Source: Sminthopsis crassicaudata (taxonomy: Eukaryota). From it: a stretch of DNA of 64,000 bases. The position numbers and the translations under genes were made by a program. The notes below the pieces were generated by a model. The model saw only the letters and a program-made list of their open reading frames with translations. It ran no database searches and was not told where the DNA came from. Below are positions 53,393 through 64,000 of this stretch, in pieces. The DNA lies in the NCBI RefSeq assembly GCF_048593235.1, contig NC_133622.1, positions 251,104,055 through 251,168,054 of the forward strand, read 5' to 3'. Each line of letters opens with the position of its first letter. Position 1 is the first letter of the stretch.

Positions 53393-56300
53393 ATGCTCTC
53401 CTCTCAGCTCTTCTGCCTCCTGGGGCTGCTGGCCATGGGGAGCCTGGCCTGGAACACCTTCCCCCGACCGGGACAGGTAAGCCTGGCCCCCCCAGTCCAC
53501 TTTGATCAGAACCCCATTTTCTCTTTCCATTGTATCCCAACTTCAGTTCTGTCCCCTGTCCATCCCAGACTGCGAACCTCTCCCCTGGCCCTGGGGTCCT
53601 TCCCCTCAGTGTCTCGGTATCCCTCCCAGCCCCTCTGCCCTGTGTCCAGATCCAGTCCTACTATCTGGAGCCCCTTGCTCTCCTAACTTTCCAGCTCCCA
53701 CTCCTTCCCTTGGTTTTCCACCAGGGTCTGGAACAACATGGAGAAGACTCTGGGGACATCTCAGGAAGGTTAAAAGCCCTGGGTGGGATGCTGGGCCTGT
53801 GCCACCGACCAGTTAGGAAAGCCCCTCCTCTGCCCACGCCGCCACAACGAGATGAAGGCCCTTTGTAGTTTTTGAAGGCTTGCCCTGATTGGCGTCCCAA
53901 GCCCCTCAGCCCATTCCCTCTTCAGGGGCAGGTAGGGGTCTCCCTCCTCACCCTCTCTGCCCCCAGAGCTTCCACAGCCTGCTGCCAGTCACCCAGGACC
54001 TCAGGGAGCGATTCAAGGCCTTTCAGATCCAGTACAACAAGAGCTACCCAGATGCAGCAGGTGGGCCTCTGGCACCCTCCCCAATCTGTACATGTGGATG
54101 GCACAGTGTAGACCTCCCGCAGCCGTGGGTGGCACAAGCACTGCGCTCACACCTGCCTCCACTCGTTATGTGGGGGATTCTCCAGAGCCGTCACTTCCTT
54201 TGGTCCCCTTCGCTAGCACTGGCCAGGAAGCCAGGAGAACCACATCCTCTGGCTTTGGTTCTCTCTAAGAGGGGAGTTGGATTAGGTGGTGACTAAGGTG
54301 CCTCCCAGCTCCGACTTGTGGTCTTAAGTTCTAAGTCTTCCTGCCCCCAGCTGGGATTCTGGGTTCTGGGTAATAGGGTCCCTCCCGGCTCCAAGATTCA
54401 TGTTCAGAGGTTCTGTCTGGCTCCCAACATTCCTCTCGCACAGAACCTCTTGCTCTAGGGCCCCCTCCTGGCCCCTGGAGCCTCCCCTGCACACCCACAT
54501 CCCCTCAGAGAGATGGAGGGGGCTGGCCGTGTGAATGGCAAGGAGGGAATTTCTGTGCTTATGTGACCTCTGCCTCTCATCACTGGGGGCCCTTAGCTAA
54601 TGGGGAGACGCCCACGCCAGGCCCAGCAGGGATGCCCTCTCCCACTTGGGTAGGTATGCATTGGATAGATGGATGGGTGGATGGATGGATAGACAGATGG
54701 ACAGATGGATAGATAGATATAGATAAATAGATGGATAGATAGATGGACAGATGAACAGATAGATGGATAGAAAGATAGATAGATGGGTGGATAGATAGAC
54801 GGACAGATAGACAGATGGATAGATGGGTAGATGGATAAATAGATAGATGATGGATGAATAGATGGATAGATGGGTAAATAGATGGAAAGAAAGATAAATA
54901 GGACAGATGGACAGATAGAGAAACAGATAGATATAGATGGATGTTTGGATAGTTGATAGGTAGATGGATGAATAGATAGACAGATAGTCACTGGAATTTC
55001 CAAAGCTCTGTTAGGGAAGGTCTTTGGTGACAGGGTTCCCATGTAGATAGTTGACCAAATCTTACCAAAATGGCTATCACATGAATATTACCTCATTATT
55101 AACTCCATTTTACAGAGGAGCAAATGGATGGTCAGGGAAGTAATGCCCTTCCGACCCCACAGGAACAGATCAGAGAGGGCAATGGGAGCCGAGGGGAGAG
55201 AGTGAGCTATTGAGGGCTCTAACCCCTCTCACTTGGGCAGGGGTAGAAGGCACTGCAGATGGGTCCATAGGGACAGTGGTTCAGTGGCTCTGAAGGGGAC
55301 ACCTCAAGGCATCCCAGGTGGGAAAGGATGCAGAAACTTTCACTGGGGGCAGAGGAAGATCCAGTGCTTCTTCCTACCCAGTTGTCCCATAGGGCCCTCA
55401 AATCCCTCTCTAGAACAAGAACATCGTTTTAAGATCTTTGCTGACAACCTGGCTCGAGCCCAGCAGCTGACGGAGGAGCACCAGGGTTTGGCCCAGTTTG
55501 GGATGACCCAGTTCAGTGACCTCACAGGTAAGGGGGTCCCAATCAATTAGAACTAAAAAAATCGCCCCTTAGAATCAGGCTCTTGGGAATGGCCAGAGGC
55601 GTCACAGTCTGGAGATGAAGGTTGCCTAGACAGTGTCTGGGTCGCCCCATTTTACAGATAAGAAAACTGAGGCTTAGGGAGGTTGAGTAACTTGCCCATC
55701 ATCACATAATTCATAAATGTCAGGGAAGGAATTTGGACTGAAGTTTTCCTGTCTCCAAATCCAGTATTCTATCCAAGTCTTGGCTCTAGGGAGCTTCTGG
55801 TCTACTAGACCCACTTCCTGTTGTCTCTCTTTATCAGGGTTTTCAAGATTAAAGCCCCGACTCCTCCAGGGTTTGCTCTGATCTCCTGAGAGGCACATGA
55901 AGATTATTGTCCATGTTTTATAACTGAGAAAACAGAATCCCAGAAATGGAAAAGAACTTACCCAAGAGTAGTCAGGTTAGGGCAGCAAGATGGTGCAATA
56001 GATAGAGAGCTGGAGTCAGAAAGACCTGAGTTCAAATCTGAATCCAAATTTACCAGCTATATGACCTTGGATAAGTCACTTACCCCTCTTCACCTTAGTG
56101 TCCTCATCTTTAAATGAGCCAGAGAAGGAAATGGCCAACCATTCCAGGGTCTCTGCCGAGAAAACCCCAAATGGGGTCACAAAGAATTGGACATGACTGA
56201 ACCACCTGGGAGGTAGAGACAGCTATCCTTTCTTCCTGTCTGGTTCTCCCTCCCTTCCTCTCTTTCCTTTCATTCCTTCCTCCCTTTTCTTTCTCTGTCC

Positions 56301-59300
56301 CAAGCTCTGACAACACTCCTTGGCACAGTGTCTCAGTTGGCCAAACCTCCTCCTCATTACAATCAAGCTTCCTATCTAGACTTGAGATGAGAAAGAAGAG
56401 CCAGGAAGCAGCTTCCTGGGTAGCTGAACTCAGAGCCCAACCCGGCAGGTATTGGTCAGTTCTGCCTGCCTAACTTTGAGACCACAGAACCTATCTCTTG
56501 GTCTTAAGCTAGATCATGCTTATTTTGAGAAATAAACATAATGCTCCCAATTCTACAGTAAATTCTACAATTTAAATGTGCAGGAAGCAGTGGGATGCAG
56601 TGAAAAGAATGGTGAGCTTGGAATCATCACTTCCCTCCATGCCCCTCACTCTTCTCTTTAAAATGGAAAGATTGGATTTGATGGCTCCTAGATCTATGGG
56701 CATAGAAGTTAATTTTTTAGGATGAACCCTAAGGGCTCTTTCTAGGAGATCCTATTATTTGCTCTTTGGAAGCAGGGGATTTGGTAATGAAGAGGGTTTT
56801 GGATATTTGAGTCCTACAACTCTGGGGTCCTTATTGGGCCCAACTTTAGTGGATCCACCATCAAGTAAGCTGACTTCAAGCAAATCTTTCCCTCTCTGAA
56901 TACCAGCTTATGTAAAATTAGAGAAAAGTTGTTCCCTAAATGTTGGCATCCAAATTCCTCCTCTCGGAATCAGATAAATCTAACCATAAAATAAACAACA
57001 AAGAGACCAGGGAGGTTAATAGGATCCTAGAAAACCTAGGTATGATAGACATCCAGAGAAAACCGAATAGGGACAGAAAGGAATACACAGTTTTCTAGGC
57101 AGTACATGGTACCTACATAAAGACTGACCATGTATTAGGGCATAATCAAATCACAATCAAATGCAAAAAAGGCAGAAATAGTAAATCTTTCCTTTTCAGA
57201 CCACAATGTAATAAAAAGCCAAAGATTAGATTAAAAATCAATTGGAAATTAAATAATCTAATTCTAAAGAATGAGTGGATCATGGGATAGCTAGGTGGCC
57301 CAGTGGATGGAGCACCAGCCTTAAAGTCGGGAGGACCTTTGTTCAAATGTGGCCTCAGACACTTAACACTTCCTAGCTGTGTAACCCTGGGTGAGTCATT
57401 TAACCCCAATTGCTTCAGCAAAAAAAAGAAAAAAAAAAGTATGGGATGCAGCCAAAGCAGTTCTTAGGGGAAATTTTATATCTCCAAATAGCTTTGTAAA
57501 TAAAATTGAGAAAGAGATCATCAATGAATTAAGGATGCAACTAAAAAAGCTAGAAAGAGAACAAATTAACCATCCCCCAATTAAATACCAAATTAGATAT
57601 TCTGAAACTCAAAGGAGAGATTAATAGAGACTAAGAAAACGATTGAGCTCACAAACGTTAGCACGGTGACTAGAAATGGAAAAGAACTATGTCCACGGGC
57701 AGGGGCTTTGGGTCTAAGGCCACTGAGGCCCCCATTTGTCTGCACAGAGGAGGAATTTCGCTGGCTTTATCAACCATCCCGGCCCAGCTACTCAGAGCCC
57801 AGAGTGAAGACAGGAGGATACCCAAGACTGCAGAGGCTGAAGACTCGTTCCTGTGACTGGAGGAAGGCGGGAGTCCTGAATCCCGTGAGAGATCAGGTAC
57901 CAGTCACCAGCTTTCTTTCACCCCTCCTATCCCAGCTGGCTTTGTCCCGGCCAGACCACCTTACGAACCTGCTGTCCCCTAGCTCTTTCCTTAAGAACTC
58001 TCCTCTCCTTCCCTCCTGGATGGACAGAGGGAGGCAGAGAACAGGGAAACCAGCTATGGCAGAAAATGACTTCTTCCCACAGAAAAATTGCAACAGCTGT
58101 TGGGCCATTGCCGCTGTGGGCAATGTTGAAGCCTTATGGGCCATCAAGTACCAGCAGCACTTCAATCTCTCTGTGCAAGGTAGGGGGGACGCTGCTTGGG
58201 TAGGGGAGCATTGCTGGGGAAGGGGGTCTCCCGGAGCAGGGCCTCCCGAGGCCTTCGTGAGTAGGCATGTGGGAGCCTGCAGACCCTGCAACCCTGGCTT
58301 TCTCCTGAGTCTGTCCCGGGCCCCCTTCTCTTCCTCGTATGCAGTCAATCCCCAATTCTGTCCAGATAGTCCCGTTCTCTGTGTTCTGCTGCCCCTTCTC
58401 TCCTGATATCCGCCATCACTCCCTGCTCAGCGTTGCCCATGGTTGTCCCTCAAACCAAAGTCCTCTCCCTCCTCCACCTTCCCTTTTACCCTGGCCAGCC
58501 CTTTGCTCACCCAGCTCTGCAGCCTCAGAGCCGCCCGCGCTTTCCTTCTCCCTCACTCAGCATCCCCAAATGCTTGCTGAGTTTGATGTGTTCTAATTGA
58601 CCCATTAATAAGCACCTGCCCAGCGCCCCCCCCCCCCCACCCGGGGAGAGGAGAGAAGCAATAGAAATGTCTAGAAGTAATTAAATACTGAATGGATACA
58701 GATCCGCCCAGGAGATGGGGGCCAGGCCCCTGAGGGAAACAAAGAGTTCAGAACTAGCACTGAGGAAGTGTGGCCATCCTAGGCCGGGGGCACAGCCTCT
58801 GCAAAGGGGGGATTTTGTTTTTGATTAAGTGGTCTCCTTCCCCACATTGTCATGGACCAAGTCCCTCTGTGAGCTCGCAGAGGGCAGGCCCACTGTCTGT
58901 ACTTCTGTGAGTAGCACACAGTAGGTGTGTCCTTGTTTTTCTATGGGAACGTGGAATAAGGGGGGAAAGGCTGGGTCTGGCTTTGGGAAGTCTGGGTTTG
59001 GATCCTTGACCTCAACAGCTCACTCCATGTCTCACGGTGGCCATCTTGGCCCCACCACCTGCCTCGGGAGGTTAAGGTTGAGGTCCCTAGAAATGGGGGC
59101 TGTGAGGAGTCCCCGGGCAACCCAGTACTGCCTCTGGGGAACCCGAAACCCTAAGTAGAAAGTTCCCAAGTCAAACTGCCGGCACTTACTGAGGAGGTAA
59201 CCAGGGCCCACTGAAAGGATACAGCAAAGGAGCGTGGGAAGCCCACATGGTTGGCGAGTAGGGACATGACGGATCCTGGATTCTTCCTTGCGCCTGAACT

Positions 59301-60829
59301 ATGGTGAAGCGATGAGCCAGCAAGGCCGGCTTTGGGGATCCACACAGAAAACTGAGGCGCCCTCCCCCCATCCCCACAGAGCTGCTGGACTGCCGCTGCT
59401 GTGGACAGGGCTGTGAGGGTGGCTTCGTCTGGGATGCCTACACGACCATCCTTAAACAAAGTACGTGCATCCTGCTCCCCGCCCTCCCCCCGGGGGCCCC
59501 AGAGCTCCATCTCCCTGGGATGGACTCCCTGGCTGGGCCTTACATGGCCAGGGGCCTCTGAGTCCTCTCCCTCCCAAACAGGCGGCCTGGCCGAGGAGCA
59601 GGATTACCCCTACAGACCCCAGCTCTCCAATGGCTGCCAAAAGAAAATAAAAAAGGCCTGGATCCATGACTTCTTGATGCTGCTGAAGGAGGAGAATTGT
59701 GGGTGCCGGGGCCTGGATCTGAGGCCGGAACACGGGAAAGGAGGCGCTGGGCACCCACTGGGAAGGCCAGCTGCGGCTGCTAGCTAGCCCATTGAGCCCT
59801 GGATGACTCGGCTGTCCCATCTACAAAATGGAGACGCCCTCTCCAGCAAAGTTCTCATCCTATTGTACACACCCGGGGGGCTCAGTCCCAAACCTGGGGT
59901 GCTTACCAGTTAGCTGCTGCCTGATCTGGGGGTGCTCAGAGGTGGCAAAGGGAAAAAGCCCCCAGCTGCCCCCCATTAGTTAAAGTATTTGGGGGAGTAG
60001 ATAGGACAGGGCATCAGCCTGAACCAGCCCCAAGGCCCTGGAAAGGGAAGGAGCAAAGTGGGAACCTTAAGTCAGGGTGGGGCCTTAGGGATGGGTTCCT
60101 CTTGGGGGTGCAGGAACTCCCGATCCAAGAGCTGGGGCAGGTCTAAGATTTCCATTACCTGGGACACTCGTTCCCCTTGTGCAGAAATGGGGGGGCTTCT
60201 ACAGGCCCTTCTGCTCTCCCCTCCCCGTTCTAATAGCACACTCTTCCCTAGACATGGCCCAGTATTTGGCAGAAAATGGACCCATCACTGTCAGCATCAA
60301 CGCGGTCCTCTTGCAGGTGGGGCAAGAGCAGGGGGCGGGGAGCTGCCAGCTCCTAGACCCTTGACCCCCAAGGGCTCATGGTCTGTTCCCTCCCTCATCA
60401 GAGTTACACAAAAGGGGTGATCAAACCAGGGCACAACTGTGACCCTGAGTACGTGGACCACGTGGTGCAGCTGGTGGGCTTTGGCCAAAGTGAGTGCTCG
60501 GGAGATCTGGGGGGGCCTTGGCCAGAGCCATCACCCCAGCCGCCCCTCACGGCTTCCCGATCTCCCTTGCAGTCCACAACTTTACCTACTGGATCCTCAA
60601 GAACTCCTGGGGCAGCCACTGGGGAGAAAGGGTAAGTGAGGCTCCAGGGGAGCAGGGGAAGGAGGCAGCTGGGTCTGCCCCCTCCAGCTGCACCTAACCA
60701 GGACCCCCCCCCCCCCAGGGCTATTTCCGGTTGACACGGGGAAACAATGCCTGCGGCATCACAAAGTACCCACTGACTGCTGTGCTGAAGGGTAAAAGCC
60801 GGGCTCTCCAGATGCGATGCCCCAGTTGA
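53393..60829 (+). CDS. CTSW: Cathepsin W (papain family C1A), 352 aa, 11 coding exons
   Basis: Exons: 53393-53476, 53967-54060, 55414-55527, 57748-57896, 58083-58179, 59380-59460, 59582-59698, 60252-60316, 60402-60489, 60573-60631, 60719-60829; total 1059 nt. ERFNAQ-like propeptide ([17 protein letters not shown]) and catalytic Q (RDQ), C (NSCWA), H (DHV) and N (KNSWG). AATAAA at 60894-60899. Position between EFEMP2 and FIBP fits synteny. Confidence 0.93.
54655..54990. repeat. Complex (GATA/GGAT/GACA)n tetranucleotide microsatellite in CTSW intron 2
   Basis: gatagatggatgggtggatggatggatagacagatgg... Confidence 0.95.
55978..56205 (+). mobile_element. Older CORE-SINE (MAR1-like)
   Basis: gggcagcaagatggtgcaatagatagag...aaatggggtcacaaagaattggacatgactgaac. 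Confidence 0.75.
56990..57650 (+). mobile_element. L1 ORF2 (endonuclease/linker) fragment with a nested SINE (about 57285-57437)
   Basis: aagactgaccatgtattagggcat, tttcagaccacaatg and tatgggatgcagccaaagcagttcttagggg are L1 ORF2 motifs. Confidence 0.8.
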
Positions 60830-62441
60830 AGACTCCCCTAAGAGTCCCCTCCCCCCATGCTCATGGCCCACAAGGCATCCTGTACTTGAACTCAATAAAG
60901 CCGCTGGTCCATGGCTCTCAGTGTGCTGGCAAATGGAGGGTGGGAAAACTCCTGGAGAAAGGAGAAAGCAAGGAATTGTGGGAGCCGGGAAGGCCATTGC
61001 AGTCTATGGCCATCTGGTCCGGCTCCCACTGGAACAGCTTGCTGAGGGGTCACTGAGCCAGAGGGTGGGCATCTGAGGGGTCTCCCCCATCTTTATGGTG
61101 AGGAATACAGTGAGTGCATGTGTTCATGTGTGTGCAAGTGCAGCGGCCCAAGACTGGCCATATTCTACAGCTGGCAGTCCACTAAGACCCCCAGATCCTT
61201 TTCAGAACACATCTCCCCCGCCCTCCCCAGCTCTGCAGCCCTCCAAGTGTGGGGCCTCCTTGAATCAAGGGTTCAAATGGCATCTCCAACATTTACTAGC
61301 TGTGCGACCTTGAGCAGGTCACTTAACCTGTTTACTTGGGCTTCCTCTGCAGAAAAAAGTGGGAGACTAGCTCCTCCCTGAACCACGGTCACAGGGGTAG
61401 CATTTAGCCCGTCAGTGCCCAGGGCCTTCGCACAGACTCAGCGCTTGGGGCTCTCAAGCTCGCACAGGGTCGGTTCCCCTCTGCTGGATGAGCCGGCTGT
61501 CAGGGCCCATTCAGCACCGGGCCCAGAGTCGAGAGCAAGCTGCTGGAGACCCCAGCCGGGCAGACACCGGGCCCTGAAGGCCGCCTGAGTCTGGCCTAGT
61601 GCCCAGACCATCCTCCACCTGGCTTCTAAGTGAAGCCCACTGGGAATCTGAAGAGCAGAAAGCCGGCCTCTGAGAAGGGGCCCCTGGGGGCCACACACAC
61701 AGAGGCAGGAACCCCTGCTCCCATCCAGGCGCCCCCTCTGTCCCCAGGAGTTGCTTCCCAAAGAGCTCTGCCTGAGGCCAGGCACTGCTCGCTCTCCTCA
61801 GGGGTTTGGGGTGCCCCTAGTCCAGGACCCGAATGCAAATCCTGCCTTACTCTCTAGTTGGGTGACTCTGGGCAGCCTGTCTGCCTCAGTTCCCTCTGCT
61901 GTCAAATGAGCTGGGGTGACAGAGATAGCCCACAGGAAGTTGTGGGGAGTCAAAAGACAGAACCACATTTGAGAACATGAACATCAGACCTGGGGCTGGG
62001 GGGTTGGGGGGCCCAGAACAGCCTAAGGACCCAGGGCCCCAGCCTCCGAGCTCCAGGGGCCTCCTGCAGCCTGGGTCACCCTCCCTGCCCCCAGCTGCTC
62101 TGGGCCCGAGGATCCCCCTGGGGAGACCCCCTGGCCAGGCCTCGCCCCAGGTCTGCAATTTATTATCAGCACAAAGAGGCCTCAGGAGTGCCTGCGTGGG
62201 GGCTGGGCTTCCCTGCCGGCCCGGCTCCCTGTTCCTCCCCCACCCCGTTCCACAGGGCAGGAGGAGCCCAATGGGGGCCCAGGGAGCAGGTGTCCTGGGG
62301 CTGAGGCCCCCCAGGGCCCAGGTTCCCCGGCTGAGCGTGGAGGTGATGAGCAGGGCTGGCCAGGGGTCCCCTCCCCCCCTCCCCCTTTGGCAGCAGGGCC
62401 CAGCAGAGGGCGTGCTGGGCGGGCGTCCGGGCTTCGGGGCC

Positions 62442-63506
62442 TCAGTCGTGGTACATGCGCAGGAGGCAGCTGCGCAGCGTGACCATGTAGCGATCCCAGA
62501 GGGCCTGGTGCCTGCCAATGCAGAGAAGCTGCTCAGAGAGGGGCACACAGGGGTGGGGGGCAGGGGGCAGTGGGGCAGCAGGGGACCCTCACCGAAAGCC
62601 ATCCAGGGAGTGGACGGAGGCAGAATACTGGTTCAGGAAGAGCCGGACATCGTTCAGCGGCCACCGGTCCGAGCGGCACGGCTCTATAAACTTTAGGGAG
62701 ACAGGAGGCCTGATCTTTTCAGCCCAACAAGGCACAGTGGAGACCCCAACAGGCAGGAGGGGGGTGGCCCCAGCACCGGGAATCCCTACCTTTTCAACCA
62801 GATCCACAAACAGGTCTCGCACGTCCTTGGTGTGGGTGAGCTTGGAGGCGATGTTGACCAGCCCTCGGGACAGGTTCTGTGGGGCCGGGAAGCCAAGGTC
62901 TCGGGTCTGGCCTTCTCCCTCAGGACCCCAAAAGCCCCGGGTAGCACCCCCCCTCCCGAGGGGCTGCCAGGACCGCTGGGCCCCCTGCGGTGTGCACAGC
63001 CAAGCTGGCCACGGAGGTTTGGCAAAGGCCCCTGGTGCGCCGACCATGTGCGGGGAAAGCCGAGGAAAGCCGCTCCCCGAGCTGAGCCTCGGCTCACATG
63101 GGGAGCAGGAGCTTGGAGGGCTCCAGGGGGGTTGCGGCCCAGGGGACACACCTTGAAGTTAGCTTCCATCTCTGGAAAGACACTGAGCTTCCCTCGGAGA
63201 GCAGTGCACACCAAGCTGGGGGGAGGGAAGGAGGGGATGCTTCTGGGCCCTAGATTTCCCAACCCCTTCTTGAGCCCTGGACCTCCCCTCCCCAGTTCCG
63301 GATCCCCTCCCCTGAACCCTGGATCCCCCCTCCCCAGTCCTGGATCCCCTCCCCCAGTCCCCAGGACTTCAGATCCCCCTCCCACCGCCCCGGCCACCTC
63401 TTGTGCAGATCGAGCAGGTCCTTGTCGGCCACCAGCACCTTGAGCTCCTTCAGGTCCTGGAGAAACTCCTTGTCCAGGTCCACATCCATGTCGTCCACCT
63501 GAGAGT
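62442..63506 (-). CDS. FIBP: Acidic FGF intracellular-binding protein, last five exons (5' part beyond the window end)
   Basis: Exons: 63398-63506, 63152-63215, 62790-62876, 62593-62690, 62442-62511 (TGA). Peptides [54 protein letters not shown] and [28 protein letters not shown] on the minus strand at 62159-62164. Confidence 0.96.
63279..63380. repeat. About 21-bp degenerate C-rich tandem repeat x4 in a FIBP intron
   Basis: ggatcccctcccc(tgaac/cagt)cct units. Confidence 0.7.
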
Positions 63507-64000
63507 CTGCAGGGGGAGAGCTGGCTGAGGCCCAGGAGCCACCCATGAGCAGCCATGTCTGGCCAAAGCCCGCAAGGGGATGGGCCTCGGGCACCGAAAA
63601 GCAGCCTGGCTGGCTGGGAGGCAGGAGGCCCAGGTTCTGGGGCACAGTCATTTCCAGGTTCGAGTCGAGGTCTGGGTTCAAATCTTGCCTCAGACAATGA
63701 CTAGCAACATGCCTGGGCTTCAGATGGGAAAGGCTTCCCCTGATGTTCCTGGGACTCAGTTTCCCCCCAGGGAAGGACAGGACTGAAGCCTGGCTATTCC
63801 TGCTCCCTGTATTAGTCTGCCAGGCAAAGCCCACTGGGGTCCTGGGAGGGGAAGAGCAGGTGGGACTCAGAGCCAGGAGCCCTCTGTGGGGAGGGGGTCA
63901 GGAGGCTGCTTACCTGGGAGGGGAAGGAGGAGGGGGGCTGCTCACACACAGAGGGCCTGGTGGTCACCCATGGCGGGGGGGAGGGAAGGAAGTACAGGGG

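Noticed and set aside
52669-53505. 278-aa ORF running into CTSW exon 1
   Set aside because: It is not in the signal-peptide frame, starts in L2-like repeat DNA, and has no homology signal.
63909-63916. Minus-strand polypyrimidine-CAG|GTAAG site resembling a recursive splice point in a FIBP intron
   Set aside because: The upstream exon is outside the window, so intron length is unknown. Recursive sites are typical of very long introns, and nothing else supports this one.

Overview
This is eukaryotic, marsupial-type genomic DNA, probably dasyurid, judged from young CORE-SINEs, marsupial L1 3' ends and BovB-like RTE LINEs. It is syntenic with the human 11q13.1 cluster. Six intron-containing genes could be spliced by hand with GT-AG boundaries: SNX32 (+), CFL1 (-), MUS81 (+), EFEMP2 (-), CTSW (+) and the last five exons of FIBP (-). 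All give intact frames except one phase problem at SNX32 exon 2. Three things are not explained by these genes. (1) An unannotated-looking intronless ORF of at least 819 aa (4897-7356, minus) sits head-to-head with SNX32; it is built from five repeat modules, including 15 tandem [RK]R[PS]S PKA-consensus sites. (2) A ~1.5 kb TSD-flanked insert in EFEMP2 intron 3 carries exactly the segment missing from an RTE element ~7 kb away, with two older TSD pairs split between the two sites. (3) CTSW has an 83-nt intron where eutherian cathepsin W has its signature His-Asn loop insertion. Positions 30738-31040 are an assembly gap. Comparisons to human or mouse proteins and to repeat consensus sequences are from memory and were not computed.
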